Positions 34,238-46,958 of a stretch of 64,000 bases of DNA are shown here, piece after piece. This DNA comes from Candidatus Omnitrophota bacterium (GTDB lineage: Bacteria > Omnitrophota > Gorgyraeia > Gygaellales > Profunditerraquicolaceae). The position numbers and the translations under genes are program-made. The stretch spans positions 5,983 to 69,982 of the forward strand of contig JALOCB010000005.1 of the NCBI GenBank assembly GCA_023227985.1, in the 5' to 3' direction. The notes under the pieces are model-generated. The model had not been told where the DNA came from, did no database searches, and worked only from the letters and a program-made list of their open reading frames with translations. Within the stretch, counting starts at the first letter, position 1. The number at the start of each line of letters is the position of its first letter.

Positions 34238-34265
34238 TTGACAAAATTTCAAATGTGATTATAAT
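34238..34265 (+). promoter_or_regulatory. Sigma70-type promoter of groESL (TTGACA-16 nt-TATAAT)
   Basis: TTGACA at 34238-34243, TATAAT at 34260-34265. Confidence 0.7.
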
Positions 34266-34291
34266 TAGCACTCTGGGGCATAGAGTGCTAA
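34265..34291 (+). promoter_or_regulatory. CIRCE operator (HrcA binding site)
   Basis: TTAGCACTC-N9-GAGTGCTAA, a perfect match to the CIRCE consensus, immediately after the -10. Confidence 0.85.
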
Positions 34292-34323
34292 GATGTTTTA
34301 ATCCAAAAACAGGAGGTGGTGCA

Positions 34324-34614
34324 ATGAAGCTTCAACCGTTAGGTGACCGCGTAGTGGTCAAGCCTTTAGAGGCTGAGACTAAATCAAAAGGCGGAATACT
34401 TCTTCCGGATACAGCGAAAGAAAAACCGCAGCAGGGCGAGATCATTGCCGCGGGCAAAGGCAAGACTTTGGAAAACGGCAGCGTCGCGGCGTTGGAGGTA
34501 AAGGTCGGGGACAAGGTATTATACGGAAAATATTCCGGGAACGAATTCACCAGCAAGGAAGGTGAAGAGCTCTTGATCATGCGGGAAGAGGATATCCTGG
34601 CAATAATAAAATAA
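34324..34614 (+). CDS. groES: Co-chaperonin GroES
   Basis: ATG 34324 ([14 protein letters not shown]…) after AGGAGGTG. Confidence 0.93.
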   Translation: MKLQPLGDRVVVKPLEAETKSKGGILLPDTAKEKPQQGEIIAAGKGKTLENGSVAALEVKVGDKVLYGKYSGNEFTSKEGEELLIMREEDILAIIK

Positions 34615-34690
34615 CGGTTTGACCCCTTGTTGTTCTTTTGGTTGAAACAACTCGGGGTTAAATTCCTCCGCCTCCGGCGGAGTAATTTAA

Positions 34691-36352
<1,662 letters not shown>

Positions 36353-36395
36353 GCCCAAGCCGTTCTTAAACCTATGCGGCGGGAATAAAAACATT

Positions 36396-36433
36396 GGCCG
36401 GGCCAGTTTTGAACTGGCCCGGTCTTTGTTTTT
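36396..36433 (+). terminator. Rho-independent terminator after groEL
   Basis: GGCCGGGCCAG-ttttgaa-CTGGCCCGG then TCTTTGTTTTTT. Confidence 0.75.
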
Positions 36434-36522
36434 TGAAAAAATGAAAGCGCTTTCCTTGACAATCAACATTTCCTGTGTTATACTTGAAAAAACCTTTACT
36501 TATTGAATAGCAAGGGGTTAAA

Positions 36523-37092
36523 ATGCAGAACATCCTGAACGTACTCGGCCTTTTCAATTGGGTGGATATATTTGTTTTATTGGTTTTTATAAGGTTAGGC
36601 TGCATAAGCCTTAAAACCGGGTTATCCACGGAATTATTGAAATTTACCGGCACTTTTGCCGGGCTTTACCTGTCTTTGCACTATTATATTATTTTAGCCG
36701 GCCTTTTAAGCGGTAAAACCGCGGAAAAAAGCGGCCCTCCGGCTATATTCTGCCTTTCGTTCTTCATCCTGTTGGCGCTATCAGGTTATATAGTTTTCTT
36801 TTTCTTCCGTTTGTTCTTCAGTAAACTGGTTAAGGCTGAGGTGGTCCCTAATTTAAGCAAATGGGGCGCGTTCGTTATTTCTTTAGCCAGGGCGTCTTTG
36901 TTGTCCAGCATTGTTCTTTGCGCGTTCCTGGTCAGCGCTTCCCCGTATTTTACCAAGATCGTCCAAAGCTCTTATACAGGCGCCAGGGTCTCTAAAATCG
37001 CTCCCGCCACTTACACCTGGTTCTGGAACACGGTAATGTCCAAGTTTATGGTCAAGGAAAGCCTGAATAAATCTATTCCCGGCATAAAATAA
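36523..37092 (+). CDS. CvpA-family membrane protein (colicin V production protein-like)
   Basis: 189 aa with about 4 hydrophobic helices; family assignment from overall pattern only. Confidence 0.45.
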   Translation: MQNILNVLGLFNWVDIFVLLVFIRLGCISLKTGLSTELLKFTGTFAGLYLSLHYYIILAGLLSGKTAEKSGPPAIFCLSFFILLALSGYIVFFFFRLFFSKLVKAEVVPNLSKWGAFVISLARASLLSSIVLCAFLVSASPYFTKIVQSSYTGARVSKIAPATYTWFWNTVMSKFMVKESLNKSIPGIK

Positions 37093-37101
37093 ATAAGATC
37101 T

Positions 37102-37980
37102 ATGCAATTATCCAGAATTTACGATTTAGCCCTCAAATACGGCATTGAATGCGATCCCCGCCGGAATAAAGCAGCGATAAGCGCTTACGCGGATACGGCT
37201 ATCTTATACGGACCGCCGGAAAAGCAGGTGCATAAGATACTTGTGGGCATCGATATCGAGACCCCGGAACTTCTGCTGGCGGATAAGATCCGTCACCGTG
37301 ACGGATTGGACCTGGTGATCAGCCACCATCCCGAAGGCATAGCTTATGCCGGGCTGTACCAGGTAATGCAGCTGCAGGTGGACCTGCTGGAGCATATCGG
37401 TTTTGACCGTAAGTCCGCCGAACAGTTCCTGGAGGTCAGGCAGCGCGAGGTCGAACGCAGGATATCTCCGGCTAACCATATGCGCGCGGTGGACGCTGCG
37501 CGGCTGTTAAGCCTGCCGTTTATGTGCATCCACACCCCGGCGGACAATCAGGTCGCGGATTTTGCTTTGAAATTCCTGCAAAAAGCGAAACCCGGATGCG
37601 TCGGCGACATCCCCGAACTATTGCTGCAGATCCCGGAGTATAAAGAGGCGGCCCAACGGCTGGCCGGGCCCAAGCTGATCCTGGGCGATCCCAAACGGCC
37701 TTGCGGAAAGATATTCGTGGATATGACCGGAGGCACTGAAGGCTCAAAAGAAGTTTTTAGGAAGATGCACAAGGCCGGGGTCAGGACGCTGGTTTCAATG
37801 CATTTAAGCGAAGAGCACTTATCAAAGGTGAAGGACGCCAACCTCAATGTTGTCATCGCCGGGCATATCGCTTCGGATAACCTCGGGCTTAACCTGATGC
37901 TGGATAAGATCGAGCAGGAAGAAAAATTCAATTGCGTTTCCTGTTCCGGATTCCAGCGGATACGCAGGGCTAAGGAATAA
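37102..37980 (+). CDS. Nif3/YqfO-family dinuclear-metal protein (putative)
   Basis: 292 aa; VISHHPEG and AGHIASD motifs. Sits just upstream of dnaG-rpoD, as yqfO does near the Bacillus sigA operon. Confidence 0.5.
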   Translation: MQLSRIYDLALKYGIECDPRRNKAAISAYADTAILYGPPEKQVHKILVGIDIETPELLLADKIRHRDGLDLVISHHPEGIAYAGLYQVMQLQVDLLEHIGFDRKSAEQFLEVRQREVERRISPANHMRAVDAARLLSLPFMCIHTPADNQVADFALKFLQKAKPGCVGDIPELLLQIPEYKEAAQRLAGPKLILGDPKRPCGKIFVDMTGGTEGSKEVFRKMHKAGVRTLVSMHLSEEHLSKVKDANLNVVIAGHIASDNLGLNLMLDKIEQEEKFNCVSCSGFQRIRRAKE

Positions 37981-37983
37981 GCA

Positions 37984-39750
37984 ATGGCCGGACTTATAGA
38001 CGATAATATCATCAACGAGATACTCGGCAGGGTCAATATAGTCGAGGTTATCTCCGAATATATCCCGCTTAAAAAAAGCGGAAGGAATTTTAAGACTAAC
38101 TGCCCGTTCCACCATGAAAAGACCGCGTCGTTCATGGTCTCGGTGGACAAGCAGATCTATCACTGTTTCGGCTGCGGCGCCGGCGGCAATGTATTTAATT
38201 TCCTGATGCAATACGAGCGTTTGCAGTTTCCCGAGGCAGTGGAACTTCTGGCAAAAAAAACAGGGGTGACGCTGCCGGAAAGAAAACAGGGCCAGCGCAA
38301 TCCTTCCGGGGTTACTACAGAGGTTTATCGGGTCAATGAACTGGCCGCGGAATATTACAGCGCCAACCTTAACGCGGCTTCCGGGCATGCCGGCCGGGAA
38401 TACCTGGTTAAACGGGGGATCACCAAAGAAACCGCGGGATTATTCCGTTTAGGCCTGGCTTCGGATAAATGGGACGGGTTGTTGAATTACCTGCAGGTAA
38501 AATCGGTAAGCGTATCTTTGATGGAAAAGGCGGGATTGGTCCTGCCCCGGGATGACGGCGGGCATTACGACCGGTTCCGCAACCGGGTAATATTCACTAT
38601 ATCGGATGTTAAGTCGCAGGTGGTCGGCTTCGGGGCCAGGGTCCTGGATAACAGCCTGCCCAAATACATCAATTCGCCGGAAAGCCCGGTATATACCAAA
38701 GGCAAACATCTTTTTGGGTTTGACCTGGCAAAAGAAGCGGTCCGCGCCGAGGACTGCATTGTGGTTGTTGAGGGGAATCTGGACTGCATTGTCCCCTACC
38801 AGGCCGGATTGCATAACATCGCCGCCTCTTTAGGCACGGCATTGACCTCCGATCAGGTCAGGCTGATCAAACGTTACACCCATAACGCGGTGATTATGTA
38901 TGACGGGGATAAAGCCGGTGAAATGGCTACCCTGCGCAGTTTGGATATATTTGTGGAAGAGGGGATGAACGTGCGGGTGGCGGCATTGCCTGCGGGATTC
39001 GACCCGGACACATTCGTGCGCAAGCACGGGATCGACAGATTAAAAGAGATGATCGCCAAAGCCGATAATCTTTTCGATTATAAAATGCGGGTATTAAAGG
39101 CTAAGTTCGACATCCGTCAGATCGAAGGCAAAGCCGGAATATCGGCGGAGATGCTGCCGACGATCAATAAATTCGCCAATGCCATACTGAGATCGGAATA
39201 TTTGAAGAAGCTGTCTTTGGAGCTGAATGTTTCCGAGGACGCGCTGATGAAAGAAGCGGGAAAGGCTTCCGGCGCGAGCGGGCTGCGCGGCGCGGAACAA
39301 CGGCCGGCGGCCGGGATCTCGCTGCAGGCGGCTAATCCCACGGAAAAACTACTGGTAAAGTTCATGCTTGAAGAAACCAGGATAATCGCGCAGCTTAAAG
39401 AAAAAATAGAGCCCTGTGATTTTCAGGATACGCAGATATCCCGGATCGTATCGCTGATGTTCGACTTTGTCACGGCGGGCCGGGAGCTTAAACCGAACGC
39501 GTTGATCAACCATTTGGAGGACAATAACCTTTCCCAGCTTTTGCGCGAGACCAGCTTTTACCTTCCGGAGGTGGAATACCCGGACAAGGACAAGGTCATA
39601 GAGGAATGCGTGCAGCGGCTGAAGAAGAACAGCCTGATCAAGAAAAAACACCGGCTTCAGCAGGAGATTAAAAAAGCGGAAACAGAGCGAAACGAAAATG
39701 AACTCAACAACTTAAAGGAAGAATTCAACCGATTAATAAAAAAGGGGTAG
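37984..39750 (+). CDS. dnaG: DNA primase
   Basis: 588 aa; zinc finger CPFHHEKTASF…CFGCGAGG; TOPRIM region. Confidence 0.9.
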   Translation: MAGLIDDNIINEILGRVNIVEVISEYIPLKKSGRNFKTNCPFHHEKTASFMVSVDKQIYHCFGCGAGGNVFNFLMQYERLQFPEAVELLAKKTGVTLPERKQGQRNPSGVTTEVYRVNELAAEYYSANLNAASGHAGREYLVKRGITKETAGLFRLGLASDKWDGLLNYLQVKSVSVSLMEKAGLVLPRDDGGHYDRFRNRVIFTISDVKSQVVGFGARVLDNSLPKYINSPESPVYTKGKHLFGFDLAKEAVRAEDCIVVVEGNLDCIVPYQAGLHNIAASLGTALTSDQVRLIKRYTHNAVIMYDGDKAGEMATLRSLDIFVEEGMNVRVAALPAGFDPDTFVRKHGIDRLKEMIAKADNLFDYKMRVLKAKFDIRQIEGKAGISAEMLPTINKFANAILRSEYLKKLSLELNVSEDALMKEAGKASGASGLRGAEQRPAAGISLQAANPTEKLLVKFMLEETRIIAQLKEKIEPCDFQDTQISRIVSLMFDFVTAGRELKPNALINHLEDNNLSQLLRETSFYLPEVEYPDKDKVIEECVQRLKKNSLIKKKHRLQQEIKKAETERNENELNNLKEEFNRLIKKG

Positions 39751-39756
39751 ATCCGG

Positions 39757-41340
39757 ATGAAAAAGAAAAGCCTAAAGCTAAAGACAACCGCGGGGAAGGA
39801 ATTATCCAAGAGTTACACTAAGGAGGACGTCGAAAAAATAATCGCCCTGGGCAGGCAAAAAGGTTTTATAACTTACGACGAGGTTAACGACCTGCTTCCC
39901 GAAGGCGTATCTTCTTCTGCGGATATAGACCATTTGTTCGATATCCTGGGCAATGAGGATATTCCGGTAGTGGAGAACGATGATGATGCGGAGGCTGCGG
40001 CGGATAAGCCCGCTTCCCGGGTAAAAGAAGACGCCTCGGCGGAACACGAAATCGCGCGCGTCGAAGCGCAGGTATTCCCGCTGGACGATCCGGTAAAGAT
40101 GTACCTTAAGCAAATGGGCTCCATATCGCTTTTGACCCGCGATGAGGAAATCGCCCTGGCCAAGAAGATCGAAGAAGCGGAGTTGAATTTTTATAACTCG
40201 GTGTTAGCCACCCGGTTTGCCAAGAATGAGGTAATAAAAATGGCGCAGAGGGTCATATCCGGGGAGGTCAATCTCGAAGAAGTGCTTAAAGGCGAGTTGA
40301 CTACCAGCGTAAAAAGCGTGATGAACAGGTTTCAGCGTATAATCGTCCGGATCAAGGCCACGCGCAATGAAGAAAAAGCCATGCAATTGATCCGCCAGTT
40401 CAACTTCACCACTTCAGTGGTGGAAAAAGCGGTGCATAAACTGCATAAGCTGGTGAAAGAACTGGACCACCTTGACCGCTGCGGCAAACGCAACAGCGCC
40501 AAATGGCGCGAAGCCCTTAAAGTGATCGGGGAACCTTACGTAAAGATAAAGCTGCAGATCAGGTTGATCAAATCCTTCCATCTTAAGTTCAACCACGCCA
40601 AAGAACGGCTGGTAGCCGCCAACTTGAGATTAGTGGTCAGCATCGCCAAGAAATACAATAACCGCGGGCTGTCGTTCCTGGACCTTATCCAGGAAGGCAA
40701 TATCGGGTTAATGCGCGCGGTGGAGAAATTCGAATACAAAAGAGGCTATAAGTTCTCAACATACGCTACCTGGTGGATACGGCAGGCGATCACCCGGGCT
40801 ATCGCGGACCAGGCCCGGACCATCCGCATACCGGTGCATATGACCGAGACCATCAACAAGATAATCCGCTTTACACGGGTTTTTCTGCAGAAGAACGACC
40901 GTGAACCTACCCCGGATGAGATCGCCCAGAAGATGCGCCTGGCGCAGGACAAGGTCAAGGCGATATTGAAATTCGCCCAGAAGCCGATATCCCTGCAGAT
41001 GCCTATCGGCGATGAGGGGGACACGCATTTCGGCGATTTTATCCAGGATAAGAAAGTCGCTTCTCCTGCGAATACCGCGGTGCGCTCGATGCTTAAAGAA
41101 GAGATGAACTGCATCCTGAACACACTGAACGACAAGGAGAAAAAGATACTGATCCTGCGCTTCGGGATAAACGACGGATGCCCGCGCACCCTGGAAGAGG
41201 TCGGCAATATTTTCAAGGTGACCCGCGAACGGATCCGCCAGATCGAGGCCAAGGTGCTTAAAAAACTGCGCCATCCCACGCGTTCCCGCAGGCTGCGCAC
41301 TTTCCTGGATATGAGCCTGGCGCACGAGCGCGAATATTAA
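39757..41340 (+). CDS. rpoD: RNA polymerase primary sigma factor (sigma-70/RpoD)
   Basis: 527 aa; regions 2-4 conserved (…[27 protein letters not shown]…). Confidence 0.93.
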   Translation: MKKKSLKLKTTAGKELSKSYTKEDVEKIIALGRQKGFITYDEVNDLLPEGVSSSADIDHLFDILGNEDIPVVENDDDAEAAADKPASRVKEDASAEHEIARVEAQVFPLDDPVKMYLKQMGSISLLTRDEEIALAKKIEEAELNFYNSVLATRFAKNEVIKMAQRVISGEVNLEEVLKGELTTSVKSVMNRFQRIIVRIKATRNEEKAMQLIRQFNFTTSVVEKAVHKLHKLVKELDHLDRCGKRNSAKWREALKVIGEPYVKIKLQIRLIKSFHLKFNHAKERLVAANLRLVVSIAKKYNNRGLSFLDLIQEGNIGLMRAVEKFEYKRGYKFSTYATWWIRQAITRAIADQARTIRIPVHMTETINKIIRFTRVFLQKNDREPTPDEIAQKMRLAQDKVKAILKFAQKPISLQMPIGDEGDTHFGDFIQDKKVASPANTAVRSMLKEEMNCILNTLNDKEKKILILRFGINDGCPRTLEEVGNIFKVTRERIRQIEAKVLKKLRHPTRSRRLRTFLDMSLAHEREY

Positions 41341-41369
41341 ACAACGGATCAAACTATAAAAAAAATAAG

Positions 41370-41421
41370 GCCGCCCGGCAAGAAAATGGAGTTATTCCAA
41401 CTTGCCGGGCGCCTTGTTTTG
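41370..41421 (+). terminator. Rho-independent terminator after rpoD
   Basis: GCCCGGCAAG…CTTGCCGGGC stem with ~18-nt loop, followed by TTGTTTT. Confidence 0.6.
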
Positions 41422-41436
41422 TAGTATCATAAGCCG

Positions 41437-41859
41437 ATGCGCGGATACATTTTTGTCCTGATCATCGCTTCGCTATTCATACCATCCATTGCGCGGGCCG
41501 CAGGAACATCCAAGGTCTGCGTCCGGGATTGTTGCATCCAGGCCCAAATCGCTTTTTCAAGCGAAGAGAGGGCGGCGGGTTTAATGTCCCGCGAAAGATT
41601 GGGCCTTGAGGAAGGGATGCTTTTCATATTCGACCGGCCGCTGCGCTATTCTTTCTGGATGAAGAACATGAAATTCCCCCTGGACCTGATCTGGATCAGC
41701 CGGGACAAAACAGTGGTGGATATTACCCGCAGCGCGCAGCCGTGCGTTGACAGCTGTGAAAGCCTGTACCCGGCAGAGCCGGCAAAATATGTCCTGGAGG
41801 TCAACGCCGGGTTCGCGGCAGCGCATAACATACAAATCGGAGATAGGATGGATTTTTAA
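41437..41859 (+). CDS. DUF192 (COG1430) secreted protein
   Basis: Signal peptide; …GLMSRERLGLEEGMLFIF…FWMKNMKFPLDLIWI… family pattern. Confidence 0.65.
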   Translation: MRGYIFVLIIASLFIPSIARAAGTSKVCVRDCCIQAQIAFSSEERAAGLMSRERLGLEEGMLFIFDRPLRYSFWMKNMKFPLDLIWISRDKTVVDITRSAQPCVDSCESLYPAEPAKYVLEVNAGFAAAHNIQIGDRMDF

Positions 41860-41860
41860 A

Positions 41861-43816
41861 ATGCATGAATTCGCCAAAGACCTGAATACCGCCCAGCTTG
41901 AGGTAGTGAAGGCTATAGACGGCCCGATCCTGGTAATTGCCGGCGCCGGATCCGGCAAGACCCGGGTGATCGAATACCGGGTGCTTTACCTGGTACGCAA
42001 TAACGTCAGGCCGCAATCCATACTCTTGCTCACCTTTACCAGGCGCGCGGCCAAGGAAATGCTCTCCAGGGCCGCCAGGCACGACAGCCGCTGTAATCAC
42101 GTAGATGGCGGGACATTCCATTCATTCGCCTACCAGATGCTCAAAAAACACTCAAAACTCATCGGATTCGATGATTTCTCCATACTTGACGAGGATGACG
42201 CCCAGGAGGCGGTAGGGGCATGCCTCAAAAAGCGGGGTTTTTTCAGCGAGGATAAGCGCGCCCCCAGGAAAGACACTATACGCAAGGTGATCAGCATGTC
42301 GATCAATAAATCCCTGTCGATAAGCGAAACCCTGGAGAAAGAATACCCGGATTTCGCGGATTATTCCGCCGAGGTGGAAGAGATCAAGAACGAGTACCTG
42401 CGCTACAAAATCGAGAAAGGCTATTTTGATTACGACGACCTTTTGATCTATTTACGCCTGCTTTTGCAGAAGAACGGATCTATCCGAAAAGAGCTCGCGG
42501 ATAAATACCGCTATATTATGGTCGATGAATATCAGGATACCAATAAACTTCAGGCGGATATCACCTTTCTTCTGGCCGGCGAGCATAAGAACGTAATGGT
42601 GGTCGGCGACGACGCCCAAAGCATTTACGGGTTTCGCGGGGCCTCGCACCAGAATATACTGGATTTCCCGAAACACTTTTCGGGATGCCGGGTGATCAAG
42701 CTGGAGGAGAATTACCGCAGCCATCAAACGATCCTGGATGTGGCTAACGCCATATTGAAGAATATGAAAAAGAAATTCTCCAAATCCCTGGTTTCGGCGG
42801 TTAAGGATGCCGGAAAAAAACCCGAGCTTCTTTTTTTCCGTAACGCTTATGAGGAAACCGAGTGGATCAGCAGGCAGATCCAGGAATTCCGCGATCAGGG
42901 CATCGATCTGGGCCGCCAGGCAGTGCTGTTCCGCTCCGCGTATATCTCGATCCCGCTGCAGATGGAGCTGAATAAGCGCAATATCCCTTTTCAGGTGTTC
43001 GGAGGCTTAAAGTTCAATGAGACCAGCCACGTTAAAGACCTGCTGGCGCATTTAAAGGCGGCTAATAATCCGAAAGATGAGTTAGCCTGGAACAGGCTAT
43101 TGATGCTGATCGACGGGATTGGTGAAAAAACAGCCTCAAGGATAATAACCAGATTAAAAGAAGAGCCGGGCATGGACGGGATGATGAACAATGTCCTTTC
43201 CGGCAAGCTGGATAAACCTGCCAAATATTCCCGGGGGCTGGCCAGGCTGGGCGGTCTGTTCTCGGCTATCGCCGGCGGCGAAGCCGATATTTATAAGCAG
43301 TTCGACGAGATCCTGGGATACTACCGGCCGATAATGAAAGAGAAATTCGATGACTGGCAGCAGAGACTGAACGACCTTGAGGCGTTGAAGCAGATCTGCC
43401 GCAGGTACGATTCCATTAAAGACTTCCTGGCGGATTTCGCCCTTGATCCTCCGGAAAAAAACCAGGCGCAGGAAAGCCGTTTGGCTAACGCAAGCGAGAA
43501 ACCGCTGACCCTGTCCACGATACACTCGGCCAAAGGCCTGGAATGGACCTGCGTTTTCCTGATCGGAATGGTTGACGGCGTGCTGCCGGTGAGTTTTTCG
43601 CTTAACGACGAAGACGGTATCGAGGAGGAGCAGCGGCTTTTTTATGTGGCGGTAACCAGGGCCAGAAAACACCTGATATTATCCCTGCATCACGAGTCAG
43701 CCGGATTCGGCACCAGCCAGTTTAATAAGGTCTCGCGCTTCCTGGAATGCCCTGAGCTGTTGTCCAAGCTTGAACAGAATGTATCCTTAGACCCTGAAGA
43801 TGACTACGATATCTAA
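41861..43816 (+). CDS. UvrD/PcrA/Rep-family SF1 DNA helicase
   Basis: 651 aa from ATG 41861 (MHEFAKDLN…); Walker A AGAGSGKT; DEYQDTN motif. Confidence 0.8.
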   Translation: MHEFAKDLNTAQLEVVKAIDGPILVIAGAGSGKTRVIEYRVLYLVRNNVRPQSILLLTFTRRAAKEMLSRAARHDSRCNHVDGGTFHSFAYQMLKKHSKLIGFDDFSILDEDDAQEAVGACLKKRGFFSEDKRAPRKDTIRKVISMSINKSLSISETLEKEYPDFADYSAEVEEIKNEYLRYKIEKGYFDYDDLLIYLRLLLQKNGSIRKELADKYRYIMVDEYQDTNKLQADITFLLAGEHKNVMVVGDDAQSIYGFRGASHQNILDFPKHFSGCRVIKLEENYRSHQTILDVANAILKNMKKKFSKSLVSAVKDAGKKPELLFFRNAYEETEWISRQIQEFRDQGIDLGRQAVLFRSAYISIPLQMELNKRNIPFQVFGGLKFNETSHVKDLLAHLKAANNPKDELAWNRLLMLIDGIGEKTASRIITRLKEEPGMDGMMNNVLSGKLDKPAKYSRGLARLGGLFSAIAGGEADIYKQFDEILGYYRPIMKEKFDDWQQRLNDLEALKQICRRYDSIKDFLADFALDPPEKNQAQESRLANASEKPLTLSTIHSAKGLEWTCVFLIGMVDGVLPVSFSLNDEDGIEEEQRLFYVAVTRARKHLILSLHHESAGFGTSQFNKVSRFLECPELLSKLEQNVSLDPEDDYDI

Positions 43817-46800
43817 AGCCCAGATATATGTTGTCGAGGCCTCAGCCGGCTCTGGCAAAACCTATGCCCTGGCAAAGCAATACCTGCGCCTTTTGATCGG
43901 CCCCGGGCTAAAACCCGGGGAGATCCCTTTGCGCTCCATCCTGGCGATCACCTTTACCAATAAAGCGGCCGTAGAAATGAAGGAACGGATCCTGGAATTC
44001 CTGAAGAAGATCGCTTTTAACCAATTCAGGGACCCCGGGGAGAAAAAAGAGATATTATCCTTCCTGGAGACCGGCGAAGAGGCGGCCAGGGAAAAGGCGT
44101 TCCTGGTGATGGACGAGATCATCCGGAACTATAATTTTTTCCAGGTCCAGACCATCGACAGTTTTATAAACGCGATCCTTTCCGGGTGCGCGTTCAAACT
44201 GAACCTTTCCGCCGGGTTCAAGATCAAGACCAATTATGACGAATATTTGAGTTTCTGCCTGGATAAATTGATCGACCGCGCAGCCGGCAATAATGAGGTA
44301 ATGGCGGTTTTTGAGGGGTACCTGCGCCAGTATTTATACCTGGAGAACAAAGCCGGATGGCTGCCGAAGAAAGATATCCTGGATACGCTGGCAAAGATGT
44401 TAAACGACAGCAATGTTTACGGGAAAGGATTTACCGGCTACAGCTTGAAGGATAAAAACAGCCTGTTCGTTGCCAGAAGAAACCTTATCGGGCTGATGAC
44501 TGAATTACGCGATAATGAACCTGACGGGACGAACCAGTCGGTATTTAAAGCTTTTCGGAACAAGCTGGACAAATACGGGGAGAGCCTGAATATCGAGGAG
44601 CTTTCCCGGTCGTTTATTGCGAAGGAATTCCCGATCCGTAAAAATTACCAGGCCCCGGAAAAGACCGCCCTGCTATGGGCGCGGATCCGCAAAGAGATCG
44701 GGGAGCTGTTCGAACTGGAAGCCCTGGCGCTTTTAAACTGCTATATAGATATTTTCAAGCTTTTCTACGGTGAATTATTATCCGCGGCGGGAAAGGATGA
44801 CGTGGTTTTCCTGGCGGAGCTTAACCGCAAGGCCAGGGTATTGTTCGATGAGCAGGGAATAACAGTGCCTGAGCTGTATTACCGCCTGGCCACCCGTTTT
44901 CGGCACTACCTGATCGACGAATTCCAGGACACCAGCGCATTACAGTGGAAAAACCTTTTTTTGATGGTGGAAGAGGCTTTATCAACCGGCGGAAGCCTGT
45001 TTTACGTAGGGGACAAAAAACAGGCTATATTCCGGTTCCGGGGCGGGGATACCCGGCTTTTTGACGGCCTGCAGAGCCAATTTCAGAATTTTCCGGTAAA
45101 ACGTTCGTATTTAAGCGATAATTACCGCAGCTGTTTTGCTATCGTCGATTTTAATAACCGGGTATTTTCCCTGGATAACCTCAAGCGTTTCCTGCAGGAA
45201 AAAGATGCGCAGGAAGAAACAAAAAAAAGCGGGTTAACTCTAACCGCTTCCGAAGCCGCGGATATCCTGGCGGTTTTTGACTGCTCCGCTCAAAAGTCCC
45301 AGGTTAAAAGCTCGGGATATGTCCGGATCGAGCGGGTGGATGCCCAGGCAGGCGAAGATACAGGCGATATTATACGGGTTAAGTGCGTTGAATTGATCCG
45401 TGAATTGTCCGCCAGGCTGAACGGATACCGCAATATCGCCATACTCTGCCGGACCAACCGCCAGATCGAGGAGATCACCTCCTGGCTGGGATTGGAGCAT
45501 ATCCCGGTTGAGTCCGAAAAAACCCTGAACATCCGCAGCCATGGCCTGATCAAGGAAATAATTTCATTCCTAAAGTTCCTGAACTCTCCCATCGACGATC
45601 TTTCCTTCGCCTCGTTTATTCTCGGCGACATATTCACGCGGGCCGGCGGTATCAGTAAAGAAGAAATAAGCGGTTTTATTTTTTCGGCGCATCGCGACCG
45701 GCAGAGCAAAGCCAGGGATGTTTATCTGTACCGGGAATTCCGCAGGCGTTACCCGGGGATATGGGATGAGTTTATTGAGGAATTCTTCAAAGGCGTAGGG
45801 TTTATCCCGATTTACGAACTGGTCATAACCATATTTTCCCGATTCAGGATAACGGAGAGGTTCCGGGACGCGCAGGGATTTATAATGCGCTTCCTGGAAA
45901 TGATAAAGAACCGGGTCAACGAGGAGAACGCGAGCATAGGATCATTCCTGGAATATTTCGAATCCGGGCATAACGAAGATATGTATTTAAACATCTCTTC
46001 GGCGGACGCGGTAAAGGTCATGAGCGTGCATAAAGCCAAAGGCCTGGGGTTTGACGCGGTGATAATACCGTTTTTGGAGATCAACCCGGAAATAAGCGCG
46101 GGACAGGATAAAAGGCCGTATGCCGTGTATCCGGAACAGGGAGAACTGCGGCTTTTAAAATTGAACAAAAACTACCTGCAATTTTCGGAATTCCTCGCCG
46201 GCGTTTACCGGGCCGAATACCGGCGCAGCCTGATCGATGAACTAAACAACGCCTATGTCGCGTTCACCCGGGCCAGATCTGAACTTTATTGCTTTATCCC
46301 CCCAAAAAGCGCGAATTCTTATAATCTGGCAAACCTGCTTATAACCGAAGAATTGCTGGAATCCGGCGAGAAAAACCGGATATCCCGCGAGGATGCCAAT
46401 ATATCCGTAAAAACCCTGGATATCCCGCCGTTGCGATACGCCAGTTGGATACCGGTCTTAAAGGACGAGTTCGTCCAGGTGTCCGAATTGGACAACCGCC
46501 AAAGGCTCCGGGAAGGGGAATACAGCCACGCCGTGCTTTCTTACATACCAAACCTGGTAGACAAGGATGTCAGCCTCCAAAAGGCCTTAAAGATGGCGAT
46601 TGGAAAGGCCGACCCGCTTTTTGAGGATATAACTGATCTTGTCGGCCTAAAGAAAAAAATCCGGCTTACCCTGGATTCGCCGGGGTTAGCGCAGTTTTTC
46701 CGCGAGGAAGGCGCCAAGGTCTATACGGAGAAAGAGTTTGTCAACGCTCAAGGCCAGACAAAGCGTATAGACCGGATGATCGTTACCGCCAACCAGGTAT

Positions 46801-46958
46801 TGCTGGCCGATTATAAATCATCAAAAGAAGAGAGGGGATCCGGGATCATCCAGATGCGCGAATATATCCGGATGGTCAAACAGCTTTATCCCGGGAAGAC
46901 GGTCAGGGGCTCGTTGATCTATCTTTCCGACGCTACGCATGAGGAAGTGGATGGATAA
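43800..46958 (+). CDS. AddA-like helicase-nuclease (UvrD-like helicase core plus C-terminal PD-(D/E)XK nuclease)
   Basis: 1052 aa; Walker A ASAGSGKT; DEFQDTS; C-terminal …RIDRMIV…LADYKS… nuclease motif; overlaps the upstream helicase by 17 nt. Confidence 0.75.
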   Translation: MTTISKAQIYVVEASAGSGKTYALAKQYLRLLIGPGLKPGEIPLRSILAITFTNKAAVEMKERILEFLKKIAFNQFRDPGEKKEILSFLETGEEAAREKAFLVMDEIIRNYNFFQVQTIDSFINAILSGCAFKLNLSAGFKIKTNYDEYLSFCLDKLIDRAAGNNEVMAVFEGYLRQYLYLENKAGWLPKKDILDTLAKMLNDSNVYGKGFTGYSLKDKNSLFVARRNLIGLMTELRDNEPDGTNQSVFKAFRNKLDKYGESLNIEELSRSFIAKEFPIRKNYQAPEKTALLWARIRKEIGELFELEALALLNCYIDIFKLFYGELLSAAGKDDVVFLAELNRKARVLFDEQGITVPELYYRLATRFRHYLIDEFQDTSALQWKNLFLMVEEALSTGGSLFYVGDKKQAIFRFRGGDTRLFDGLQSQFQNFPVKRSYLSDNYRSCFAIVDFNNRVFSLDNLKRFLQEKDAQEETKKSGLTLTASEAADILAVFDCSAQKSQVKSSGYVRIERVDAQAGEDTGDIIRVKCVELIRELSARLNGYRNIAILCRTNRQIEEITSWLGLEHIPVESEKTLNIRSHGLIKEIISFLKFLNSPIDDLSFASFILGDIFTRAGGISKEEISGFIFSAHRDRQSKARDVYLYREFRRRYPGIWDEFIEEFFKGVGFIPIYELVITIFSRFRITERFRDAQGFIMRFLEMIKNRVNEENASIGSFLEYFESGHNEDMYLNISSADAVKVMSVHKAKGLGFDAVIIPFLEINPEISAGQDKRPYAVYPEQGELRLLKLNKNYLQFSEFLAGVYRAEYRRSLIDELNNAYVAFTRARSELYCFIPPKSANSYNLANLLITEELLESGEKNRISREDANISVKTLDIPPLRYASWIPVLKDEFVQVSELDNRQRLREGEYSHAVLSYIPNLVDKDVSLQKALKMAIGKADPLFEDITDLVGLKKKIRLTLDSPGLAQFFREEGAKVYTEKEFVNAQGQTKRIDRMIVTANQVLLADYKSSKEERGSGIIQMREYIRMVKQLYPGKTVRGSLIYLSDATHEEVDG

